Below are positions 7,635 through 15,258 of a DNA stretch of 19,800 bases, one piece after another. Source of the DNA: Cyanobacteria bacterium J06626_4 (GTDB lineage Bacteria; Cyanobacteriota; Cyanobacteriia; Phormidesmidales; Phormidesmidaceae). The DNA is taken from positions 1 through 19,800 of the forward strand of contig JBCBJQ010000107.1 of the NCBI GenBank assembly GCA_038523235.1. The letters are read 5' to 3'. The notes below the pieces were generated by a model. It was not told the DNA's origin and did no database searches. It worked only from the letters and a program-made list of their open reading frames with translations. The first letter of the stretch is position 1. Each line of letters starts with the position of its first letter. The position numbers were made by a program, and so were the translations under genes.

Positions 7635-8779
7635 TAGACGGTAACCTCACGGTTGAACCGCTCAATCCAATCGGGGCGACTGAGGTTGATGGTATCCCAG
7701 TCCAAGTACTGCAACTCGGCAATGAAGTCTTGAGGATCACTGCTGGAGAACAGTTCCTCAAACGGACCCGACAACTGTACGGCGCTGTTGGTGGGGCCAA
7801 AGAAGTAAGGCGGCGCGGCCAGCGTATTTTGAGCTTCCTCGCTGATGACCGTATCGATGTAAGCAGCGGCAGCTTCCACAGAGGCTTGGGGATTTTTGAC
7901 AATGCTCATGGTGGCGCGGATGCCGATGGAACCGCCTTCAGGAACGGCCCAACCCATATTCAAGCCAGCCTCTCGCATGGCCAGGATGTCATTGAGATAC
8001 AGCGGGGCAATGTCTACTTCGCCCTGCTGCAGCAGTGTTGCCAAAGCACCGGGACTCGGGGCAACCGCTGCCACATCCGGCAGGAGTTCTTGAATTTTCT
8101 CGAAGGCGACTTCAATATCGGCTTCACTGCCGCCGAAGCGCTTGGCCACTTCCACCATGAAAGCGGTGCCCAAGGAGCTGTTCATGGTGACGAGTCCGAC
8201 CCGGCCAGCATTTTCGGGACTCCAGAGGTCTTCCCAAGCAGCGGGTGCCGATTCATATTTGTCAGCGTTGTAGCCAATGCCAATGGCGGTTACTGCCACC
8301 GTTGGCCCCCAGCCTTCTTCACCCCCCTGGAAGTCGGGGAATAGCTTGGCAAAGCTGGGGCTGAGTTCTGCCGGGAAGGGTTGTAGAATGTCTTCGCGAG
8401 GGGCCGCCCGGAACGGCCCTTCATCCAATAGGCACACGTCAAAGGGGGGATTGTCAGGCGCGGCAACGAGTTGGGCAACTTGGTCATTGGCGAGGAGGGG
8501 CACAATGGTGGCATCCACATCCTTGTTCGACTTAACCTGGCTGGCGACAACTTCCCGATGGGCTTCTTCCCAGGCACCGGGATAAGCAACGGCAATAACC
8601 GAACCGCCGACCACACTACCAGCGGCCTCATCGGTAGCTGCAGCGTCTTCCCCTTCAGTAGCGGGCTCCGTCGTGGCTTGAGGCGAGCCACAGGCTTTGA
8701 GCAACAGGCTGCTGCCGACAAATAATCCTGTGCCCAAAACAGAACGGCGGGTAATCCGGCTAATGCGACGATTCACCAT
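7634..8779 (-). CDS. ABC transporter substrate-binding lipoprotein (PotD-like)
   Basis: Twin-arginine-like TRRSVLG plus lipobox LKAC, an acidic linker, and GIGYN...PAAWEDLW motifs. Confidence 0.9.
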   Translation of the reverse strand: MVNRRISRITRRSVLGTGLFVGSSLLLKACGSPQATTEPATEGEDAAATDEAAGSVVGGSVIAVAYPGAWEEAHREVVASQVKSNKDVDATIVPLLANDQVAQLVAAPDNPPFDVCLLDEGPFRAAPREDILQPFPAELSPSFAKLFPDFQGGEEGWGPTVAVTAIGIGYNADKYESAPAAWEDLWSPENAGRVGLVTMNSSLGTAFMVEVAKRFGGSEADIEVAFEKIQELLPDVAAVAPSPGALATLLQQGEVDIAPLYLNDILAMREAGLNMGWAVPEGGSIGIRATMSIVKNPQASVEAAAAYIDTVISEEAQNTLAAPPYFFGPTNSAVQLSGPFEELFSSSDPQDFIAELQYLDWDTINLSRPDWIERFNREVTV

Positions 8780-8822
8780 GATATGAACTCTCCTAATGCA
8801 GGTTTAGAAAAAACAGTTGTGA

Positions 8823-8842
8823 AAGGAATGACGTCATTCCTT
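8823..8842. repeat. Perfect 20-bp palindrome between ATPase and SBP genes
   Basis: AAGGAATGAC|GTCATTCCTT, imperfectly extendable to GTTGT...ACAAC (8816-8850). Confidence 0.8.
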
Positions 8843-8872
8843 CAGACAACACAAAACACAGAATCAGCCGGA

Positions 8873-10033
8873 TTACAGTCCAGCCGAATCATCTATCGGG
8901 AAAACGGAACAAGCTTCTGTGGAAGTCAACGTGAGATACAGGGGTGTCCCAGTTGGCAGGGCCGCCCCACCCACGCCGCGAGGTTGTGTCACCTTCATCT
9001 TCAAACCGCTAGCGGTGCGGACTTCGTAGATGGTGCTGGCACCCAGCGGCAAGCAAATCTCAACCGTGACCGCGATCGCTCCGGCACTGGGGTTTGGACT
9101 CAGTCGCAAATTTTCCGGACGAATGGCCACTTGCACCGAGGATTGCAGCGGCAAATCCGGGATGGTTGCCAACGCTATCTCCGTGCCGTCTTTGAGGGCG
9201 ACGACACAGCCCCGACTATCCTGGTTCACTAACGTGCCTGGCATCAGGTTCGTAGTTCCCACAAACTGACTGACAAACAGGGTCGCTGGGCGATCGTAGA
9301 TGGTCGTTGGCGTATCAAACTGCTGCACAATGCCATGGGACATCACGGCAATGCGATCGGCCATACTCAAGGCTTCTTCTTGGTCGTGGGTCACAAAGAG
9401 GGTCGTGATGCCCTGCTCGGTCAGCAGTCGCTTCACTTCAATCTGCATGTCCAGCCGCAAGTTTTTGTCGAGCGCACTAAACGGTTCATCCAGCAGCAAA
9501 ATCTGCGGTTCCACCGCGAGGGCTCTGGCCAACGCAATGCGCTGTTGTTGTCCCCCCGACAGTTCACTGGGATAACGGCTACCCATTTGCGCTAACTGCA
9601 CCAGCTCCAGCATTTCCTGAACCCGCGATCGCACTTTGCTGGTCGGTGCTTTCTGGGCCCGCAACCCATAGGCGATGTTGTCAAACACCGTCATATGGGG
9701 AAACAAGGCGTAATTCTGAAACACAATGCCGACATTGCGTTTATGTGTGGGAATATGCTCGACCCGCTGCCCGTCGATGCGGATGTGGCCGACTGTCGGC
9801 GTCAGAAACCCGGCCACCAAACGCAGTAGTGTCGTCTTACCGCACCCGCTGGGTCCCAACAAGGTCACAAACTCACCCGGTTCCACTTGCAGGTGGATTT
9901 GGTTCAACACAGTGACCTCGCCAAATCGATGGGTCACGCCCTCGATATCTAACCCATGCCCCGGTTGAACTGGGGACGAACCAGAAGACGAAAAACTATC
10001 AGGGGTAGATAGCATGGTGGAAGACTGAGCCAT
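8873..10033 (-). CDS. ABC transporter ATP-binding subunit (PotA-like)
   Basis: GPSGCGKT, VFQNYALFPHM, LSGGQQQR, LLLDEP, VTHDQEEA and a C-terminal TOBE-like region. Confidence 0.95.
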   Translation of the reverse strand: MAQSSTMLSTPDSFSSSGSSPVQPGHGLDIEGVTHRFGEVTVLNQIHLQVEPGEFVTLLGPSGCGKTTLLRLVAGFLTPTVGHIRIDGQRVEHIPTHKRNVGIVFQNYALFPHMTVFDNIAYGLRAQKAPTSKVRSRVQEMLELVQLAQMGSRYPSELSGGQQQRIALARALAVEPQILLLDEPFSALDKNLRLDMQIEVKRLLTEQGITTLFVTHDQEEALSMADRIAVMSHGIVQQFDTPTTIYDRPATLFVSQFVGTTNLMPGTLVNQDSRGCVVALKDGTEIALATIPDLPLQSSVQVAIRPENLRLSPNPSAGAIAVTVEICLPLGASTIYEVRTASGLKMKVTQPRGVGGAALPTGTPLYLTLTSTEACSVFPIDDSAGL

Positions 10034-10075
10034 AGACCAAACCTAGCAGCAGTGGGCATTTGCGAGATTGTGTGT

Positions 10076-10087
10076 ACTGTATACAGT
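10076..10087. promoter_or_regulatory. Palindromic operator candidate (GntR-like) upstream of ABC operon
   Basis: Perfect ACTGTATACAGT located 43 nt upstream of the ATPase ATG. Confidence 0.5.
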
Positions 10088-10372
10088 CCCAGAAAGTAGA
10101 AAAGTGCCATAAAACACCCTTTTTCTAGAAAAAATCCAAAAATCTTTAGATTTAAATCAATCGAATCGGTTAAGACTCACACATTGACAAGCGTGTGAAT
10201 TTGTGGGGTGAGATGAAGTGGCCAGCAAAAAGTCTTAAGGGCGTCAAAGTTTTCTGCCGCTACTTGCCTGAATCGTTATGGGTTGTAGGAAGTCCGCGGA
10301 ATTGATCTGGCACCAATGCTGCCACTCAAAACGATTGGACTCTCTCGATTGGTTCTGCGTTAGCGAGTCTGC

Positions 10373-11287
10373 TCATTGATGCGGACCATCTAATCCTTGC
10401 AGGGTGCGCCAATGATAGGCGATCGCATCTCGCCGCGCCACCCATACCCGGTCATGCTGCCGAATATGCTCTAAAAATCGCTGAAGCGCCCAGATCCGAC
10501 CGGGACGGCCAATGATGCGGGGATGGAGGCCCACGGTCATCATGCGGGGACAGCGTTCTCCCTCCTGATACAGCCAGTCAAAGCTATCGATTAAATAAGT
10601 GGCAAAGTCTTGAGCTAGGCGAAACGTTTCGGCATTGGTAAACCGCATATCGTTAGTGTCGAAGCTGTAGGGCAATACGAGATGTGGGTGGCCTGACACC
10701 TCGACAAAGTAGGGCAGCTCATCGTTGTAGGCGTCGGAATCGTAGAGAAATCCACCGTGTTCGATTAACAGCCGGCGGGTGTTCGGCGTGCTGGGAGACT
10801 TGGTGTGCCAACCGACTGGCGTCACGCCCGAGGCTTGAGCGATTGTCCTCACCGCTTTCGCAATGGTTTCCCGCTCTTCGTCTTCCGTCATATACACCAA
10901 CGATTCCCAGCGGTAGCCGTGGCAGCACAGTTCATGTCCGCGCTGCACCGGCTCTTGGGCCATCCAGGGGGAAATTTCCACGGCGCGACCGCAAACATTC
11001 ATGGTGGCTTTGACATCGTAGCGATCGAATAAGTCAAGCACGCGCCAAAACCCCACCCGCGCTCCATATTCAAAGTGCGATTCCATCGCTCGGTCGGGCA
11101 CCCCTTTGGTCTCTAGAACAATTTCGTAGACCGCTTCATTCCGCTCATCCCCGGCGGAGATGGCTAACTCGGCTCCTTCCTCTAAATTCAAAACGAACGA
11201 AATCGCGACGCGGGCATTATGCGGCCACTGGGCCTGGGGCGGAGTTGGTCCATACCCCCAAAAATCGCGGGAATACTGTGCAGACAT
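10373..11287 (-). CDS. PuuE-like allantoinase / polysaccharide-deacetylase-fold amidohydrolase
   Basis: RDFWGYG...WPHNARVAISFVLNLEEG...ESHFEYGARVG...HGYRW...YDSDAYNDELPY...DTNDMRF...GLHPRIIGRPGR. Confidence 0.85.
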   Translation of the reverse strand: MSAQYSRDFWGYGPTPPQAQWPHNARVAISFVLNLEEGAELAISAGDERNEAVYEIVLETKGVPDRAMESHFEYGARVGFWRVLDLFDRYDVKATMNVCGRAVEISPWMAQEPVQRGHELCCHGYRWESLVYMTEDEERETIAKAVRTIAQASGVTPVGWHTKSPSTPNTRRLLIEHGGFLYDSDAYNDELPYFVEVSGHPHLVLPYSFDTNDMRFTNAETFRLAQDFATYLIDSFDWLYQEGERCPRMMTVGLHPRIIGRPGRIWALQRFLEHIRQHDRVWVARRDAIAYHWRTLQGLDGPHQ

Positions 11288-11330
11288 ACGCGATCGCCTG
11301 ATGCAAATGAGCTAACTAAACCTCATCCAG

Positions 11331-11481
11331 GTTCAGAACTGGAGTTTTGACATCTCGCCCGACCTCACCGCCTGCGGCACCTCTCCTTCTGAAGGAGAGG
11401 CTTAGTGACGGTCTGGTTCCTCTCCTTGGGAAGGAGAGGTTAGGTGAGGTTTTGACGGGCAAACATAATCCAGTTTTCAAC
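11331..11481. repeat. Nested palindromic REP/MITE-like element
   Basis: Two CCTCTCCTT-3 nt-AAGGAGAGG hairpins (11380-11400, 11419-11439) lie inside ACCTCACC/GGTGAGGT. These lie inside an 11/13-matching outer IR GTTCAGAACTGGA/TCCAGTTTTCAAC. Confidence 0.8.
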
Positions 11482-11570
11482 TTAGACGTGGTTTAGATAG
11501 AGTCGTAGTGATGCCCATGTGGGTTTCAAGACATTGATCGGGCATTGCCATCCGGTTGCCGAATGATGGC

Positions 11571-12326
11571 TTAGGGAAAATTCGTGGCTTGAAAATGATC
11601 GCCATAGCCCCGAATCGCTTTTTTCTCCGGCGATCGATAGGTGAGTTGTTTGCTGGTGAGTTTGCCCAGACTCACGAGTGATTCCGCCATTTTCACCGCC
11701 GCCGCCACCGAATCGATAACGGGTACCCCGAGCCGCTCTTCCAGTTGCTTTTCTAAACCGCTCATGCCAGCACAGCCTAAGCAAATGGCTTCCGCACCAT
11801 CTTCTTCAATCGCTAATTTACTCGCAGCTGCTAAGACTTCGACGGTGTGAGCGCGATCGTTTTCCGTATCCAATACCGAGAGCGATGTCGTCCGCACGGA
11901 GGCACAGCGATCGGTCATGCCAGTTTTGTGTACCGTTTTTTCCACCATATCTCGGGCACGGTGCAACGTCGTGACCACACTCCACTTGGCGGCCAGCATG
12001 TTCGCCACATAAAGACTGGCTTCAGCAATGCCGACAACGGGTTTGGCGGTGATTTCCCGCGCGGCCTCAATGCCCGGATCACCCCAGCAAGCCAAGATGA
12101 AGGCGTCTGAGTCCGCATCCAAAATGATCTGTTCCAAGATACCGGGGATTGCCAGATACTCGTCGTAAAAACCCTCGATCGAAATCGGGCCCACGTTGGG
12201 GGTAACGGTAATGATTTCGGTATGAGGGAACTTTGCCGCTTGAGCTGAAGCATCGATGTTTTGGGTCATCGGCTCACAGGTGTTGCCGTTGATGACCTTA
12301 ATGCAGCAGCGGGGGGTAACGGTCAT
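11571..12326 (-). CDS. Hydantoin/allantoin racemase (Asp/Glu racemase family)
   Basis: IKVINGNT...GPISIEGFYDE...ILACWGDPGIEAARE...PVVGIAEA...ICLGCAGM...GVPVID with both catalytic Cys. ATG 12326 preferred because the longer ORF runs into the Uma2 start. Confidence 0.9.
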   Translation of the reverse strand: MTVTPRCCIKVINGNTCEPMTQNIDASAQAAKFPHTEIITVTPNVGPISIEGFYDEYLAIPGILEQIILDADSDAFILACWGDPGIEAAREITAKPVVGIAEASLYVANMLAAKWSVVTTLHRARDMVEKTVHKTGMTDRCASVRTTSLSVLDTENDRAHTVEVLAAASKLAIEEDGAEAICLGCAGMSGLEKQLEERLGVPVIDSVAAAVKMAESLVSLGKLTSKQLTYRSPEKKAIRGYGDHFQATNFP

Positions 12327-12444
12327 AGGAATTTCGTTGAAATCAAAGATTATAAGGGTTGCCGTCTCCAACTTAATCGAGCGACTGGGTGCGAACTGTA
12401 GGGGATTAACATAAAGGCAGTTGCGCGATCTCGAGTTGCTCATC

Positions 12445-13020
12445 ATGGTGCAAGCCCAGCCTCAGCTCAAAACGTTTGAAGACTTCCTCCGTTACACCGA
12501 GGGCACTGACGCCTATTACGAACTCACTAACGGAGTCCTGATTGAGATGCCTCCTGAGTCATACGAAAATCTTCGTCGAGCACTCCAACTATACGATTGG
12601 CTGCGGACGTTGGTCGATAGTCAGCAAGTTTGCCCCCAGGGTTTGGCGATCGCGGTCCCCGGTCAACCGAAAAATCGCTATCCCGACCTGACGGTGCTGC
12701 GTGCTGAGCATCTTGAGCAAATGCGGGAACTCGGGCAGGCCGCGATCTCGCTTGACATGGCGCCGCCGCTGCTAGTCGTTGAGGTGGTTAGCCCCGGTGC
12801 AGAAAACCACCGCCGCGACTATTTTGAAAAACGTAATCAGTATGAATGGCGGGGTATTCCCGAATATTGGATCGTCGATCCGATACTGTCGCAAGTGACC
12901 GTTCACTGCCTCACCGCAGCAGGCTATGAGGCAGTGATTTTCACGGGAGATGAAACCGTTCAGTCACCAACTTTCCAGGAATTGGCGGTGAGTGCCGCTG
13001 ACGTACTGACGGTGGGCTGA
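12445..13020 (+). CDS. Uma2-family (PDDEXK) endonuclease
   Basis: YELTNGVLIEMPPES...RYPDLTV...PLLVVEVVSPG...KRNQYEWRGIPEYWIVDP. Confidence 0.92.
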   Translation: MVQAQPQLKTFEDFLRYTEGTDAYYELTNGVLIEMPPESYENLRRALQLYDWLRTLVDSQQVCPQGLAIAVPGQPKNRYPDLTVLRAEHLEQMRELGQAAISLDMAPPLLVVEVVSPGAENHRRDYFEKRNQYEWRGIPEYWIVDPILSQVTVHCLTAAGYEAVIFTGDETVQSPTFQELAVSAADVLTVG

Positions 13021-13073
13021 TAAAGAATCCCCAGTTTCCTAAGCAGGTAAACACAATCATCTTGCAGACGGGT

Positions 13074-13164
13074 TTTCTCCTTACGGAGACGCGTCGCGAA
13101 CGACTCCGCTCAAACCCCAAAGTTTTACTTGGCAAGCAATATAGCTGATTGAGCGGAGTCGAAA
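13074..13164. repeat. REP-like inverted repeat interrupted by a 24-nt insertion
   Basis: TTT[24 nt]CGACTCCGCTCAA ... TTGAGCGGAGTCGAAA. Removing 13077-13100 gives a perfect 16-bp IR. Confidence 0.8.
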
Positions 13165-13259
13165 TCAGTGACCGGCTTAACACTTAATTCGGCCCAGCTA
13201 CTTAAGTTAAGCTTGAAGGAGCTGGCTAATTTTTGGCAAAAACCGGGGTGCTGACGACA

Positions 13260-15059
13260 CTATGCCGCCATCTGGTGACGCAAAGCCGCCGTCGCCTGTT
13301 CATCAATGGTCATACTGGCCGGATTAATCACGACACCATAATCTCGTTTCGCCGACTCAACACTCACAAACTCATCCAGCACATCTTCCAGCACGAGGGC
13401 CGGGTCGCGCTCTAGAGGATGGCCGTAGCCGCCTCCGCAGGGACTGACTGTGCGTAAGGTATCGCCCAGCTTAGTTTTGCGGCAGGGAAACTTTGAGGGT
13501 AAATCTTCCTCCGTCTCGTTATAGGGATTGCGCACTTGTACGGCACCGGGAGTCCCGTCTTTGCCGTCGAAGATGCCCCAGGGAGCGTACTTATTTCCTT
13601 CCCCTTCCAACGACATTTGCCCCGGTGCGAGGAACTGAATATCGCGGATGGAGCCCAGGCCGCCCCGATACTTGCCCGCGCCGCTAGCGTCTTCGATCAG
13701 TTCATAGCGGGTGACTCGCAGCGGCAAATGGGCCTCAATATCTTCGATCGGGTTGTTGCGCGTATTGGCATAGAGGGTATCGACCCCGTCCATGCCGTCT
13801 TTGCCATAACGCCCCCCATAGCTGCCCTCGGTGATGTCCATATAGACCCAATAGTCTTCGTCTAGCGCCCCGCTGTAGGAAGCGACTTTGATGTTGCCAA
13901 TGCCGCCGCTCACGTTTTGGGGAGCAACTTGGGTCAGGGCTTTCATCAGCGTGTCGGCCACGATGTTGCCAGGACAGCAGCGAGCAATCACCGGAGCCGG
14001 ATAAATCGGGTTAGCCAAACAGCCCTTGGGGGCCACAATGTGCACCGGACGGGTAAGGCCAGAGTTTTGCGGGACGTACTCCATCAGGGCCGTGTCGAGC
14101 AGGACCGATCGCAGCGTCACGAAAATGGCAATATCCACCGTGCCGACGAAGGGCATATTGATGGGGCGATCGTCCACTTGAGGAGCGGTGCCGGTAAGGT
14201 CGATGGTCATATCACTGCCATCAATGGTGACCGTGACGGCAATTTTGAGATCCTTTTTGCTGGGGTCAGGGTCGTCCAAAAAGCCATCGATGAAGCCTTC
14301 GGCGGCGTAGGTGCCATCGGGCAAGCGCTCAATGGATTGGCGCATCATCCGCTCGGCGTACTGCATCAACTCTTCACTGGCGGCCAGTACCGTATCGAGA
14401 CCATACTGATCCACCAGTTCTAGAAACCGCTGTTCGCCCACCCGGCAGGAGGCCACCTGAGCTTCGATATCCCCCACAACTACATTGGCACTGCGAATGT
14501 TTTGGCGCAGCATGCGCCAGACCTGACGATTCTTGACACCCTTTTCGTACAGCTTCACCGCTTTGAACTGTAGCCCTTCCGCAAAGGCATCTACCGCATC
14601 CACGATGCCGCAGCTTCCCGGAGACGAGGAGCCGATATCTAAATGATGGGCAGTGGTAAAGGAGTAGCCAATCAGGTCTTCGCCCTTAAAGATGGGGATG
14701 CCAATGCCAATGTCAGGGCCGTGGGACGCGCCATAGTAGGCGTGATTGTGGAGAATCACGTCACCGGGGAAGAATTCCTCACCGTCTTCGGCCATCGCCT
14801 TCAAGACGCCGCGCATGTAGCCCGGAATCGGCCCCAACTGCAACGGCGTACTGTAGGCGCATTCCGCTAGCTGCTGACAGTCGGCATCTAAAATGGCTGC
14901 GCCAAAGTCCTCGGACTCGCGGATGATGCTGGAGTAGGACATGCGAGCCAGCTTGTGACCCATTTCGAGGGCAATGCCGTTAAGGGCACCGGCGACCACT
15001 TGGGCGGTGACCGGATCAATTTTTGGCAGTTGACGGGGTTTAGGCAGAGAAACTGTCAT
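13260..15059 (-). CDS. hyuB: Hydantoinase B / oxoprolinase family subunit
   Basis: IDPVTAQVV...SSIIRESEDF...PGDVILHN...SHGPD...AHHLDIG...NNPIEDIE...GAGKYRGGLG...GGGYGHPLERDP. Confidence 0.92.
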   Translation of the reverse strand: MTVSLPKPRQLPKIDPVTAQVVAGALNGIALEMGHKLARMSYSSIIRESEDFGAAILDADCQQLAECAYSTPLQLGPIPGYMRGVLKAMAEDGEEFFPGDVILHNHAYYGASHGPDIGIGIPIFKGEDLIGYSFTTAHHLDIGSSSPGSCGIVDAVDAFAEGLQFKAVKLYEKGVKNRQVWRMLRQNIRSANVVVGDIEAQVASCRVGEQRFLELVDQYGLDTVLAASEELMQYAERMMRQSIERLPDGTYAAEGFIDGFLDDPDPSKKDLKIAVTVTIDGSDMTIDLTGTAPQVDDRPINMPFVGTVDIAIFVTLRSVLLDTALMEYVPQNSGLTRPVHIVAPKGCLANPIYPAPVIARCCPGNIVADTLMKALTQVAPQNVSGGIGNIKVASYSGALDEDYWVYMDITEGSYGGRYGKDGMDGVDTLYANTRNNPIEDIEAHLPLRVTRYELIEDASGAGKYRGGLGSIRDIQFLAPGQMSLEGEGNKYAPWGIFDGKDGTPGAVQVRNPYNETEEDLPSKFPCRKTKLGDTLRTVSPCGGGYGHPLERDPALVLEDVLDEFVSVESAKRDYGVVINPASMTIDEQATAALRHQMAA

Positions 15060-15258
15060 GGCAGATTGGGAGGTGAAGGGCCGCTCTTTTGTTCTTGCTT
15101 TTATACAGGGGGGCGGTTGCTGCTGTCGTAACTTGCACTACGGGAGCGAAGAGATACTCAGACCTTGGCCATGTCCAGAGCCGGTGTTGAGCTGTAAGGA
15201 AAACTCAAATTTGCAAGCTGGACGTGGTTTAGGCCGAGATCGCACCGTCAACCATGCC

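Noticed and set aside
7730..8344. 204-aa plus-strand ORF and other short ORFs overlapping the ABC, puuE-like, racemase and hyu genes
   Set aside because: Antisense or alternate-frame shadows of well-supported genes.
12327..12446. 40-aa N-terminal extension of the racemase
   Set aside because: It overlaps the divergent Uma2 start, and family similarity begins only after ATG 12326.
15060..15258. Small third subunit (acetone-carboxylase gamma-like) between hyuA and hyuB
   Set aside because: The minus-strand frames I read are short and lack CxxC motifs; the plus-strand 78-aa ORF has no support.
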